DNA of 64,000 bases from Nitrosopumilus sp. GTDB taxonomy: Archaea > Thermoproteota > Nitrososphaeria > Nitrososphaerales > Nitrosopumilaceae. The translations under genes and the position numbers were made by a program. The number at the start of each line of letters is the position of its first letter. The stretch's first letter is position 1. This document shows positions 41,581 through 51,960 of this stretch, in pieces. The stretch spans positions 2,112,001-2,176,000 of the forward strand of contig OZ243974.1 of NCBI GenBank assembly GCA_965214775.1, given 5' to 3'. The notes below the pieces were generated by a model. The model was not told the origin of the DNA. It ran no database searches and worked only from the letters and a program-made list of their open reading frames with translations.

Positions 41581-42249
41581 TTATGCGGGAGTCGTGGTCT
41601 CCAATTCCAATTTGTAATGCTTGTTGATGATATCCAGTATCTTTGAGAGGTCCTTTTCTTCTAGTGTGGTGGTTGCCAAATCCTTAACCAGGTCTTGTGC
41701 CCTATAGGCGATACTCAATCCGCAAATATCGAACAGCTTTACATCATTTGCCCCGTCTACAACGCAAACAATGTCCTCTTTTCGTTCTTCCCATTCTGCA
41801 ATTTTGATTTTTGCGGATTTTGACTTGTCAGAGTCCACATTGATTTTAACACCGTCTAATTTTCCGTCTTTGAACAACAATTCATTGCAATATACATGGT
41901 CCAGGCCTAGTTCTTTTTGCAACCTTTCCATCATCAAAGTGAATCCGCCTGAAACGGCCATCAGTTTCCATCCGGCGGCCTTTAGAACCCGGCATGCCTC
42001 TTTGGCACCCGTCATAATCGGCAGGGCATCGGAGACTTCTTGGCATGTTTTTTCATCCAGTCCCTTTAATGCAGCAATTCTGGTTTGCAATCCTTCCTTC
42101 CAGTCTATTTTGCCTTGGATTCCTTGTTTTGTAATCTCCCAGATCCTGTCCTGTTTGTCGAGTTTTTCAGCAAGAATGGGAAGGTATTCTTCGTCGTACA
42201 AAACACCCTCGACATCAAAAATTACAAGCAACTGATTCCTGATTTGCAA
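41581..42249 (-). CDS. serB: Phosphoserine phosphatase (HAD)
   Basis: FDVEG, VSGGF, DGAND. Confidence 0.8.
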   Translation of the reverse strand: MQIRNQLLVIFDVEGVLYDEEYLPILAEKLDKQDRIWEITKQGIQGKIDWKEGLQTRIAALKGLDEKTCQEVSDALPIMTGAKEACRVLKAAGWKLMAVSGGFTLMMERLQKELGLDHVYCNELLFKDGKLDGVKINVDSDKSKSAKIKIAEWEERKEDIVCVVDGANDVKLFDICGLSIAYRAQDLVKDLATTTLEEKDLSKILDIINKHYKLELETTTPA

Positions 42250-42334
42250 GAAAATTGCTAATTATATTAAAGTTTAAACTTTTTTGGGATCGAAAAAACG
42301 TTAGTAATAAATCCCCGAATATTGGAAAAAAAAT

Positions 42335-42619
42335 ATGGAACAACTTGAATACAAATACGAAGTAGAAATCAAGGCAAGAGAAGGGAGGCAGAAACTACCC
42401 CAAGAAATCAAAGATGAACTAAAAGCATCAGGAATGATGGATGAGAAAGGAAAACTAAAGCTCAAAGGAGTCAGTCCAAAAATGCTCAGAAAAATGAAGC
42501 AGGAATACGTTGAATGTCCAGTACTCAAAGCGGACACTCATTTCATCCAGTGTTTTGTGTGTCCTAATTTTCAAAGCAGGGTTACCGGAAAGGTACTTTG
42601 CAAAGGCGACAAGCTTTAG
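42335..42619 (+). CDS. Small Cys-containing hypothetical protein
   Basis: VECP...CFVCPNF...VLC. Confidence 0.7.
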   Translation: MEQLEYKYEVEIKAREGRQKLPQEIKDELKASGMMDEKGKLKLKGVSPKMLRKMKQEYVECPVLKADTHFIQCFVCPNFQSRVTGKVLCKGDKL

Positions 42620-42667
42620 GGCAATCCACGAAAGGCTCATTAGTCAACTATTTCTTGAAATGCTAGT

Positions 42668-44113
42668 TTGAGCAAAGAGGATGTCGGAATCACAGTATCT
42701 AAAAATGATGATTTCAGCGAATGGTACACTCAGGTAGTTCTCAAGGCCAAACTTGCAGATTATGCCCCTGTAAAAGGATTGATTGTTCTAAGGCCAGACG
42801 GGTACTCGATATGGGAGTCACTACAGAGAACACTTGATGCAAAATTTGCCAAAAAAGGAATAAGGAATGGATTCCTGCCGGTACTGATTCCCGAATCGCT
42901 TTTAGGAAAGGAGCAGAAACATTTTGCAGGTTTCAATCCCGAGGTGTTCTGGGTGACGCATTCGGGAACAAACGAGGTTGGAGATAGGCTTGCCTTGCGG
43001 CCAACATCAGAGACACTGGCATATACGTTATACTCCAAGTGGATTCAAAGTTGGAGGGATCTTCCGCTAAAGATCAACTTTTGGAATACGGCACTAAGAG
43101 CGGAGATAAAGGCCACAAAACCGTTTTTGAGAACTTCGGAATTTTTGTGGCAGGAAGGACACACAGTCCACATGACACAAGAAGAAGCCGAAAAAGAGGT
43201 AATGGAAATTTTAGAGATCTACAAAAATACGGTTGAAGAGGAGCTGGCCATTCCGGTCACTACTGGAAAGAAGAGCGAGAAGGAAAAGTTTGTCGGGGCA
43301 GTATACACTACGACCATGGAATCAATCATGCCCGATGGAAAAGCCCTGCAAATGGGAACGTCCCATTTCCTAGGCCAGAACTTTTCAAAACCATTTGCAG
43401 TAAAATTTACAGACAAGGACAATGTGGAACATTTTGCATGGCAGACATCATGGGGGGTTTCATGGAGACTGATTGGCGCCATGATCATGACGCATGGAGA
43501 TGACCAGGGACTGGTTTTGCCGCCCAGAATTGCGCCAATTCAGGTCGTCATCGTTCCAATTTATAGAAATGACAAAGTCAGAGACAAAGTGATTGCAAAA
43601 ATTCAAGAGATTCGGAACAAACTGACACAAATGAGTTTCAGAGTTCATGTCGATGATAGAACCGGCCTATCGCCTGGATACAAATTCAACGACTGGGAAA
43701 TGAAGGGGGTTCCGATAAGAATTGAACTGGGGCCAAAAGATATCGAAAAACAAAGCGTTGTCCTTGCAAAAAGATACAACGGTGAAAAAATCAATTTGGG
43801 ATTTGGCGAGATCGAACAGGTTTCTGAGATTCTAGATCAAATTCAAGGCCAAATGTTGGAAAAGGCAAGGCAAGAATCCCGGAACAATACAAAAGAGATT
43901 TCAGATTATTCGGAATTCAAATCCGGGATTGAGACGGGTGGAGGCTTCTTTAATGCTCCATGGTGCGGAAAATCAGAATGTGAAGAAAAAATCAAAGAAG
44001 AGACAGGGGCCGATATCAGAGTAATCCCGTTTGGAAGCGAAGATTCTGGCAAAAAATGCATGTATTGCCAAGAACAAAGTGTTTATGTTCCAATTTTTGC
44101 AAGGGGATACTAG
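42668..44113 (+). CDS. proS: Proline-tRNA ligase, archaeal/eukaryal type
   Basis: FSEWY, LRPTSET, EFLWQEGH, TSWGVSWR, C-terminal ARGY. Confidence 0.96.
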   Translation: MSKEDVGITVSKNDDFSEWYTQVVLKAKLADYAPVKGLIVLRPDGYSIWESLQRTLDAKFAKKGIRNGFLPVLIPESLLGKEQKHFAGFNPEVFWVTHSGTNEVGDRLALRPTSETLAYTLYSKWIQSWRDLPLKINFWNTALRAEIKATKPFLRTSEFLWQEGHTVHMTQEEAEKEVMEILEIYKNTVEEELAIPVTTGKKSEKEKFVGAVYTTTMESIMPDGKALQMGTSHFLGQNFSKPFAVKFTDKDNVEHFAWQTSWGVSWRLIGAMIMTHGDDQGLVLPPRIAPIQVVIVPIYRNDKVRDKVIAKIQEIRNKLTQMSFRVHVDDRTGLSPGYKFNDWEMKGVPIRIELGPKDIEKQSVVLAKRYNGEKINLGFGEIEQVSEILDQIQGQMLEKARQESRNNTKEISDYSEFKSGIETGGGFFNAPWCGKSECEEKIKEETGADIRVIPFGSEDSGKKCMYCQEQSVYVPIFARGY

Positions 44114-44580
44114 CTGATTTTCAACTGAAATTGAACCCGCTATTTTTTGGGCAGTTTGAACCATTGACACATCAGTAGACAGTTACATACGAAACTAGGA
44201 TTGCACCATACGCCCTACCGTCAGGATCCGGCACGAACTGCTCTGAAAGTCAGACGACGGAATGACTGCAGTCTGCGCAGATTGTACAACTTCAGGTCCT
44301 TTTTATACTGACTAGGGAACTTTTTGCCCGGAACTTTTTGATCCTTCCGCATCTGCTGTGACAGACCCGCTACATCATCATCACACGTCCCTTGTATATG
44401 CAAGACCGGCAGCGCGCAGACAACAGATTATTGGCAGACAACAGATTATTGGCAGACGGCACCTGCAGGAAACCAGCATTCTCAGATTTGTCAGGCGTTG
44501 TTGACTGGCAGACTTGCCTGCACAGTCGGATTCTTTGACATGAAGCTACGGGTTACGCCGTCCCGTAGGCGCCAGACGGA

Positions 44581-46203
44581 TCATGTTGTTGTAGGAGCTG
44601 CTGCTGCTGGTACGACGGCCGTCCGGTCCCGGCGTACCGCTCCTCCTTCACTGCCTGCGTCATCATCGACTACAGGCGGCCACGCCGGCGGCGGCCCGGG
44701 ACACTCAAAGACGCTGTATCTTGTACCGTCCGTATTGACAAGCGAGGACAGCAGGCGCGCATTATCATCATCATCTCTTGCTTCTGCAAAGATATCCCAG
44801 ACCGGATTCCGCAGGTATTTCAAGAGTCCGCCGGCAGGATGTATATTCTGCTTGCGGCATGTCATCGAAAATGTCAGCAGCGCAGAAGCCGTCTTTCTTC
44901 CACCGTCAGTTACAATCTTGTGGCGTGCATTGCGTTGTGGTATGATCCCGTCGCGTATGCACCGCTCCGTATCGTTGTTGTGCAGCGGCATTCCCCGATG
45001 CGCCAGACACGTAAACATGTCATGTATGGCGTTTAGCAGGTGTGTACGCACGTGAACGTCCTCATACGGGTTGATTATTTTGTATACTTCCCTGGAAAGC
45101 TCCATGCATGTAAGCGGCGCAAGCGTCTTGATTTTATCTATCTTCCTGTAAAATTCCAGCAGCAAGTCATACCTTTTCTCATTATCGCCTTCGGGCATCT
45201 TTACTGCAAGCTTTTCTGCATATGCCAGAAGGTGCCTCCAGCACCTCTGGATTGTCACAAAGAACAGCTTGTACTGGGCCAGCCCGTCTACGACTATGGG
45301 AGTCTTGGGATCCAGCCATCCAAAGTGCGTGTGCAGTACCTCGGAGGACCGGGAATCTGCAAAGACCACAAAACACGCCCCCTCGCAGTTGAGCACCCAG
45401 ACGTATCCCATGTGTCCGTCGCCGCGCTTAAAGCCGGTCTCGTCCATCTGTATCCACGGCCTGCCCGCAATGAATGACTGTATGCGTTGTATCATGTTTT
45501 GTTGAATCGCCTCTGCCACTGCGTGCCGGGCGGCAGTCACGGTATTTGGGGCCATCTTGAATCCAAACATATACTGAAAGTACTCTGCAATGTCCTCGTC
45601 TGTGTTTCCCTTCTCAAAGAACATCATGATTAGAGAGAGTGAGACGGGCCCAAGTGACGTGCCGCTTAGAAACGGGGTGGCTGCGATATGCACGGTATTG
45701 CACTGTGGACACACCGCGTTTTGGATGATGGCATTGGCAGTGAGCATGCGCATGGAGTCGTCCAGGTCGTTTACAAGCTTGTGGATCGGCTTGAGCATCC
45801 GTAACTGGATGTTGCACTTTGGGCATATTTTGGAGCCAAGATCGTACCTTAATGTCATTGATGGCCGGTTGCCGTGCGATGTACCATGGTGTCCGCACGG
45901 AGGGCCGCGTTTCTTGCCCCGAGCAGCATCGCCGGGACTGCCGCCGGGATCCTCGCCCCTTTTCTCCCTGAACTTTCTTCTGGCATCATTGTATAATGAC
46001 GGCGTGGACGTGGGCATGTTGGGACTCTCATACAGGGCAAGCCTTGCCTGAAGCTCGGAGTTCTCCTTCTTGACATCAGCATTCTCCTTCTTGACAATAG
46101 AGAGTTCTTTTTCCAGCCCGGAGATCTTCTCATCCTGCTCCATGATCATGACAAGTGCCTTTCCAGGATCCGTACAGTGTGCAAGCACGGCTTTGGAGTC
46201 CAT
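44581..46203 (-). mobile_element. IS66-family transposase; element ends not resolved
   Basis: Coiled coil, Zn finger, MDETG, QRCWRH, HNNDTERCIR; more GC-rich than host genes. Confidence 0.85.
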
Positions 46204-46654
46204 ATGTTACATCAGACAGGCAAGATCAAAAAAGATTTCCATCGAAATTCTTTGACCAAGATGCCGATATTATGTCACTCCCGTAAATTCCAAACCTGCA
46301 ATATCTGATCACAAATGTCTGATGTTCAGCCATGTTCGCAGGGGCATCTGATCATAAGATGCTGCCCAAAAATGTTTGACTGTCAGTATAAAAAGGACCT
46401 GAAGTTGTACCGCAGATTTCAGGCTGGCAGATAAGGGGAAATACGGAGCATGAGTGTTTTTAATGAAGGACATCGTTGATGATTGATGGTGCGTGACAAA
46501 GTGGCTGACGGATAAACTACACTGCGTGTCTTGAAGGCGGGCTGTCTGAGAACAATACCCGGGGTTGACGGCATGCGAGAACACTGCAAGTTTGGTCATG
46601 TTTTCAGACGAAAAATTCTGTCACTCTGGATACATCGCGTGTCTACCAAGTGAA

Positions 46655-46715
46655 AAATGTTGGGTTGAGATTAAAGGCGATGACAAGTGGATTGCATTAA
46701 TTCAGAATTCTAAAA
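46655..46715 (+). pseudogene. IS6-like transposase C-terminal scrap
   Basis: VEIKGDDKWIALIQNS resembles the end of 47793-48101. Confidence 0.4.
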
Positions 46716-46780
46716 ACCATGTTTTTTGAACTGGTAATCCATTAACGTTACATTGTTTTCAGCAGGATGATATTTGAAGT

Positions 46781-46910
46781 GAGGTTGTCGCCTAATTCCA
46801 CTTGTTTGACTCAATCTGTACGTTTTTATGAATTTCCGTCCTTTTGCATACCTGATCCACATTGCGTTTCAGCGGTTTTCGGGAATTCTAGCGAATTAGG
46901 CGACAACCTC
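46781..46910 (+). mobile_element. MITE family B (130 bp)
   Basis: gaggttgtcgcctaattc / gaattaggcgacaacctc; same length as 3619-3748. Confidence 0.88.
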
Positions 46911-46916
46911 CCATGA

Positions 46917-47040
46917 GAGATGATCCGAAATTAGAAACCGTACAAATTTTTCAAGTAATTTCACAGATACCTGCGTTTTGAACTGATTTATGCAAATTCG
47001 TCCACAAATAATCAGAGTCTGCTAATTTCGAGTCAACTCT
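46917..47040 (+). mobile_element. MITE family D variant
   Basis: gagatgatccgaaattagaaac...ctgctaatttcgagtcaactct; inverted partner at 48171-48307. Confidence 0.75.
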
Positions 47041-47153
47041 ATGGGGGAGGTGGAGGCCTCATCAGACAAATACCCACATTTCACATAACTTGGATTGTAG
47101 GCCAGAGATCGAAGGCTTTCACACCAAGACGTCAGACAGGGAGACCCACACCA

Positions 47154-47534
47154 CTACAATCCGCTACCGCGGCCTGACTCCATTGATTCATAGAGGGCAA
47201 TCATCTCGCTCATTTTCTCTTCGGACAGCGCAACTCCGTTGCACAACTCGTACAACATCTCCAAGTTTCGCCTTGACTCCTTCTCCCCGTGCTTCCATGC
47301 AAACATCTCACAGAACAACTCTTCGTCACACATGTCAGCCAAACCCTTGTCGCTGTTCAAAAACACTCCAAGCTTCATTCTACTGCCGGGATCAGACTCG
47401 TGCACGTCAATCACAATTTCATCCTTACCAGACGTCACATTTTTAGCCCCCGTTACAGTCTGATGCATGCGCTTTCCATCACCCATAAAGACATACCGAG
47501 ACAGCCTGTCACCGTACTTGAAGCTTATACTCAA
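47154..47534 (-). CDS. Hypothetical protein
   Basis: 126-aa acidic ORF in a mobile region. Confidence 0.5.
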   Translation of the reverse strand: MSISFKYGDRLSRYVFMGDGKRMHQTVTGAKNVTSGKDEIVIDVHESDPGSRMKLGVFLNSDKGLADMCDEELFCEMFAWKHGEKESRRNLEMLYELCNGVALSEEKMSEMIALYESMESGRGSGL

Positions 47535-47792
47535 CGTACATGCATGGATTGCGTCTGCTTGTAAACGTTTATCATTCCAAACATTCCTGAAAATTACTCA
47601 CAAAACGCCTCCAAATCAGATACAATTCAGGCCAGGATGCTCAAGACATACATGTCTCCATCTACACCGCCACGGTTAGAACCACATCTGGGAAGACTGG
47701 ACGGGTTCTGTGTAATCTTCGAGACCTGAAATATGGATCTTTTTCAGATTCGATTTTTACGACTAGACTGAATTTTTACTTAGTGAGGCGTT

Positions 47793-48101
47793 CTAGATTA
47801 TGGTTTTCCACTTGTTTGTACCGTCCACGCTTATCAAGGCCGACTCTGCCGGGGTCTGGCCGTGCAGTGCACCGTGTTTTTTCGTGTAATTGTAATAGGC
47901 CTTCATGCCGTCAAGGATTGCAGTGTCGGTCTTCTTGAGGCCCCGGAACACCTTCTCGCGGTCTCTAATCTCACCATTCAGCCTCTCCATCTTGTTGTTA
48001 TTGTCCCGGTCTCTTTTTCCTGTCAGGTGAATGTGTTTTACGTGGTTAGTGTCCTTTCCGAACACCTTCAATGAGGGCTTGGCATAGGCTGACAGGCGCA
48101 A
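47793..48101 (-). pseudogene. IS6-like DDE transposase, C-terminal fragment
   Basis: NNNKMERLNGEIRDREKVFRGLK, YYNY, GQTPAE. Confidence 0.75.
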
Positions 48102-48170
48102 GAGTTTACCCCTCAGGCGACGCTACTGGCCAAAGTCTTCATGATCACGCCTGTCACGCCGTATCCCTGG

Positions 48171-48307
48171 GAGTTGATTCGAAATTAGCAAACTCTGATT
48201 ATTTGTCAACGAATTTGCGTAGAACGGCTCAAAACACCAACAAAATACAGATTATCTGTGAAATTACTTGAAGAACTCGTACGGTTTCTAATCTCGGATC
48301 ATTTCTC
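48171..48307 (-). mobile_element. MITE family D variant
   Basis: gagttgattcgaaattagcaaac...gtttctaatctcggatcatttc, reverse complement of 46917-47040. Confidence 0.75.
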
Positions 48308-48349
48308 AGGGCCAAATATAATAATACTGGAAAACACTGCAAGATTGCA

Positions 48350-49660
48350 ATGACAACAAACCCCCAACTAGAAGAGACAAGACCTCTGATAGAACAATTC
48401 AGAGAAACAAGAAAAAGAACACTGGAACTTGTAAAAACATTAGAAACAGACGATTTTGTCGTTCAGACCGCATATTTTACGAGTCCTCCAAAGTGGCACG
48501 TCGGCCATGTAAGCTGGATTTACGAAGTCATCATGAGTAAACTAGATGAAGATTACGAGTTTTATTCAAAAGAGTTTTCTGAATACCTGAATTCATACTA
48601 TCATCAGTTTGGAATGCCGCACGATAAAGGATTACGTGGAGTTGTTTCGAGACCATCAACAGATCAAATCTTTCAATATTTCAACACGGTCAATCAAAGG
48701 GTGGAAAAATTCATCGAGACAAATTACCTGAGCAAGGAGCAACTCAGATTAGTTGTCATGGGACTCCATCACGAATGCCAGCATCAGGAGCTTTTGGCAT
48801 ATGATTTGCAACATCTTCTTGCAGATCAATACAGACCTGTAAAGAAAAACGAGATTCCAAAAAAAGGGGCTGTGGAAAAACAGACAGTCTCAATCAAGGG
48901 GGGGCTATACAACATGGGATACGGCGGAGAAGATTACTGCTATGATGTTGAATTGCCAGAGCACAAGGTGTATCTGAATGATTACAGGATAGACGCATAT
49001 CCGATTACAAACGAACAGTATCTGGAGTTTGTCGAGGCCGGGGGATATGAGACATACAAGTATTGGCTGTCAGACGGATGGGAGAAGGCCAAAGCCAATA
49101 ACTGGAAGGCGCCAATGTATTGGCAGAAGACAGATGACGCATGGCACATTAGGGACTTTTTAGGAACTAGAAAAATCAATCCAAACGAACCGGTGTGCCA
49201 CGTTAGTTTCTATGAGGCAGACGCTTATTGCAAATGGGCAGGCAAAAGACTTCCAACTGAAGCAGAATGGGAAAAAGCCGCCTGCTGGAATGAAGAAAAA
49301 CAAGCCAAAACAACCTTCCCTTGGGGCAATGACAGACCAACGCCGGAAAAATGCAATCTTTTGGAGTCATATCACTGGGGATGTACAGAAATCGGCACAT
49401 ATCCAAACAGCACAAGTCCGTCAGGCTGTCAGCAAATGATAGGCGATGTCTGGGAATGGACATCATCTGAATTCACAGGATATCCCGGATTCAAATCAGG
49501 ATTTGACGAATACAATGACAAGTGGTTTACAAACCAAAAAGTTCTCAGGGGAGGGTCATTTGGAACCCCTCAAATGTCAATCAGGGGAAGCTACAGAAAC
49601 TTCTTCAGATTGGACGAAAGGTGGCTATTCTCAGGATTTAGATGTGCTGAAAGCAACTAA
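48350..49660 (+). CDS. egtB: Ergothioneine sulfoxide synthase
   Basis: DinB domain SPPKWHVGH and HHECQHQELL; FGE-like domain RLPTEAEWE, GDVWEWT, FSGFR. Confidence 0.9.
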   Translation: MTTNPQLEETRPLIEQFRETRKRTLELVKTLETDDFVVQTAYFTSPPKWHVGHVSWIYEVIMSKLDEDYEFYSKEFSEYLNSYYHQFGMPHDKGLRGVVSRPSTDQIFQYFNTVNQRVEKFIETNYLSKEQLRLVVMGLHHECQHQELLAYDLQHLLADQYRPVKKNEIPKKGAVEKQTVSIKGGLYNMGYGGEDYCYDVELPEHKVYLNDYRIDAYPITNEQYLEFVEAGGYETYKYWLSDGWEKAKANNWKAPMYWQKTDDAWHIRDFLGTRKINPNEPVCHVSFYEADAYCKWAGKRLPTEAEWEKAACWNEEKQAKTTFPWGNDRPTPEKCNLLESYHWGCTEIGTYPNSTSPSGCQQMIGDVWEWTSSEFTGYPGFKSGFDEYNDKWFTNQKVLRGGSFGTPQMSIRGSYRNFFRLDERWLFSGFRCAESN

Positions 49661-50679
49661 TTTTTAGAAACCAAGGTTACCGAAAAATGCTTTTTTTCAT
49701 CCAGCCAAGTGTGTCTTAACTCAAAGCCTACGTCATCTAGCAAGTCATGAATTTGGGACAATCCATACTTGTGAGAATATTCGGTGTGAATCAACTCGCC
49801 CTGCTTTAATTTCAAAACAAGATTGGATTTTGAAATCACAACAGACTGCTCGGCCAACGATCTCAAATACATTTCAATCCTTTGATCATTTTCGTTGTAC
49901 AATGAATGATGGGCAAAGTTATCCAAGTCAAAATCCGCATCAAGCTCGTCATTTATTCTGGATAATACGTTGAGGTTAAACTGTGCAGTGATTCCTTGTG
50001 AGTCATCGTATGCAGATTCCAAAATATGGGAATCTTTGACCAGATCCAAACCGATTAAAAACAAGTCCCCGGATTTCATTGTAGAGTACACTGTTTCTAA
50101 AAACCTGTAGCCGTCAATCGGGGAAAAATTACCAAAACTAGAACCCAGGAAGACAATCAAATTTTTCTTGTCATCATAAGTTTTGAGAAATTCCAACCCG
50201 CCTTCATATGTGTCAATTATGCCCGTAATTGTAAGATTTTTGTAGTCATTTAGCAGCTGCTCTGAACTTTCTGCCAGAATTTCAGATATGTCTATTGGAA
50301 AATACTCGATGTTGCTTCGGAGTTTGGAAAAAACATCAAGCAACAGCCTTGTTTTAACAGCAGAGCCACTGCCCAATTCTACCAAACGATACTCATCCTC
50401 CAAAAATTCAGGCAATTGAGGCTGCAGTTTTCGCAGAATTGATTCTTCTGTTCTGGCAGGATAGTATTCTGGAAGGGAGCAAATTTGCTCAAACAGCTCA
50501 GAGCCCTTCTTGTCATAGAAGAATTTTGGATGGATGAACTTTGAATTGCGACTAAGGCTAGAATATACCTCTTCGGCAAAGGATTTTTCAATTTTAGTTG
50601 CGTGAGGTTTGAAATATTGGAGCCTGCCATCGACTACAAATTTTTTATAGTTTTGATTTTTCTGAACAGAGTCACTCAA
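49657..50679 (-). CDS. egtD: Histidine N-alpha-trimethyltransferase
   Basis: PKFFYDKKGSELFEQIC, ELGSGSAVKT, FLGSSFGN, AYDDSQGITAQFNLN, IHTEYSHKY. Confidence 0.92.
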   Translation of the reverse strand: MSDSVQKNQNYKKFVVDGRLQYFKPHATKIEKSFAEEVYSSLSRNSKFIHPKFFYDKKGSELFEQICSLPEYYPARTEESILRKLQPQLPEFLEDEYRLVELGSGSAVKTRLLLDVFSKLRSNIEYFPIDISEILAESSEQLLNDYKNLTITGIIDTYEGGLEFLKTYDDKKNLIVFLGSSFGNFSPIDGYRFLETVYSTMKSGDLFLIGLDLVKDSHILESAYDDSQGITAQFNLNVLSRINDELDADFDLDNFAHHSLYNENDQRIEMYLRSLAEQSVVISKSNLVLKLKQGELIHTEYSHKYGLSQIHDLLDDVGFELRHTWLDEKKHFSVTLVSKN

Positions 50680-50911
50680 AACATTAGGATCAAATCTGGT
50701 TTACATAAATGCTTTGTCCTGCCCACCCGTATTCAGAAGCAGCCCCGAAAAGCGACTTTGGTCTTAAAACAGCTCAATGCCGGCTGTCTGCTGATACGCA
50801 TGTCGCCGTTTCCACCGCGAGTCGCGCATGCCTGAAAAGACTGACCAGCCAGCCAATCACACGCACCAATGAACCCTTTTCTTGATATAGTTCTTCTTGC
50901 ACAAGTAAGCT

Positions 50912-51880
50912 GTGGATGAGGTTCTAAGGATTGAGCATCTGAAAAAATACTTTGTTAAAAAAGCGATGTTTGGAACAAAATCTACCGTTAAAGCGGCAGA
51001 TGACGTCTCGTTCACGCTAAACAAGGGCGAGATATTCGTTCTTGCAGGCCAATCAGGTTCGGGAAAGTCAACAATTGCAAAACTAGTCCTGAAATCAATT
51101 CCGTCTGATTCGGGAAAAATATTCTTTGAAGGAAAAGAAATCAATGAAAACAAGCAGAATTTGGAGCATATTCGAATGAACTGCCAAATGATTCATCAGG
51201 ATCCGTACGATTCCATCAATCCAAGAATGAGGATTGGGGACATTGTATCTGAGCCATTAGAAATTCACAATGTCGGAGATAAGGAAACAAGAAAGAAAAG
51301 GGTGATCAAAGTCCTGCAAGAAGTAAAACTAGAGCCGGCTGATCAAATCATAAGGAAATACCCACACATGCTGTCTGGCGGACAAAGACAAAGGGTGGTA
51401 CTAGCTAGAGCGCTTGCGTTAAAACCCAAAATAATCCTTGCAGACGAACCAGTATCGATGCTGGATGTCTCCATCAGAGCTGAAATGCTGGAACTGATGC
51501 GTGAATTACAGCAAAAACATGAAATATCATTCATCTACATCACGCATGATCTGGCGACTGCAAGATATTTTGGACAAAGAATTGCAATCCTGTATTTGGG
51601 AAAAATTGTTGAGATGGGGCCAACTGACGATGTGCTGTTGTCCCCAAAACACCCCTATACACAGGCGTTAATTGATGCGATCTCAGAGCCAAGTCCTGAA
51701 AATCTCCGCAAAGAAAAGAAGATTCGGATATTAGATGAGCCCTCGGAGATCAAGGATTTGGCAGGATGCAGATTCAAAGCAAGGTGCCCTTATGCAGTTG
51801 ACAGGTGCAATACGGAACCGGAACTAGAAGAAATTGAAAACGCGCATCATGTTGCATGTTATGTAAAACTAGATTGCTAG
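50912..51880 (+). CDS. Oligopeptide/dipeptide ABC ATPase (OppF/DppF-like)
   Basis: GQSGSGKS, LSGGQRQR, DEP, HPYT, GCRFKARCP. Confidence 0.92.
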   Translation: MDEVLRIEHLKKYFVKKAMFGTKSTVKAADDVSFTLNKGEIFVLAGQSGSGKSTIAKLVLKSIPSDSGKIFFEGKEINENKQNLEHIRMNCQMIHQDPYDSINPRMRIGDIVSEPLEIHNVGDKETRKKRVIKVLQEVKLEPADQIIRKYPHMLSGGQRQRVVLARALALKPKIILADEPVSMLDVSIRAEMLELMRELQQKHEISFIYITHDLATARYFGQRIAILYLGKIVEMGPTDDVLLSPKHPYTQALIDAISEPSPENLRKEKKIRILDEPSEIKDLAGCRFKARCPYAVDRCNTEPELEEIENAHHVACYVKLDC

Positions 51881-51900
51881 ACTTTGTGCGCAATCGGCAC
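51878..51900 (+). repeat. MITE family A terminal remnant
   Basis: tagactttgtgcgcaatcgg begins on the TAG stop of the ABC ATPase. Confidence 0.65.
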
Positions 51901-51960
51901 ATATCAAAAAAAAATCAGGCAATCTTCTGCGTCATTTTTGGCAAATGCACCCAAGGCATA

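Noticed and set aside
50700-50860. GC-richer intergenic stretch upstream of egtD as riboswitch or ncRNA
   Set aside because: No recognisable motif or convincing stems by eye; an Rfam search is needed
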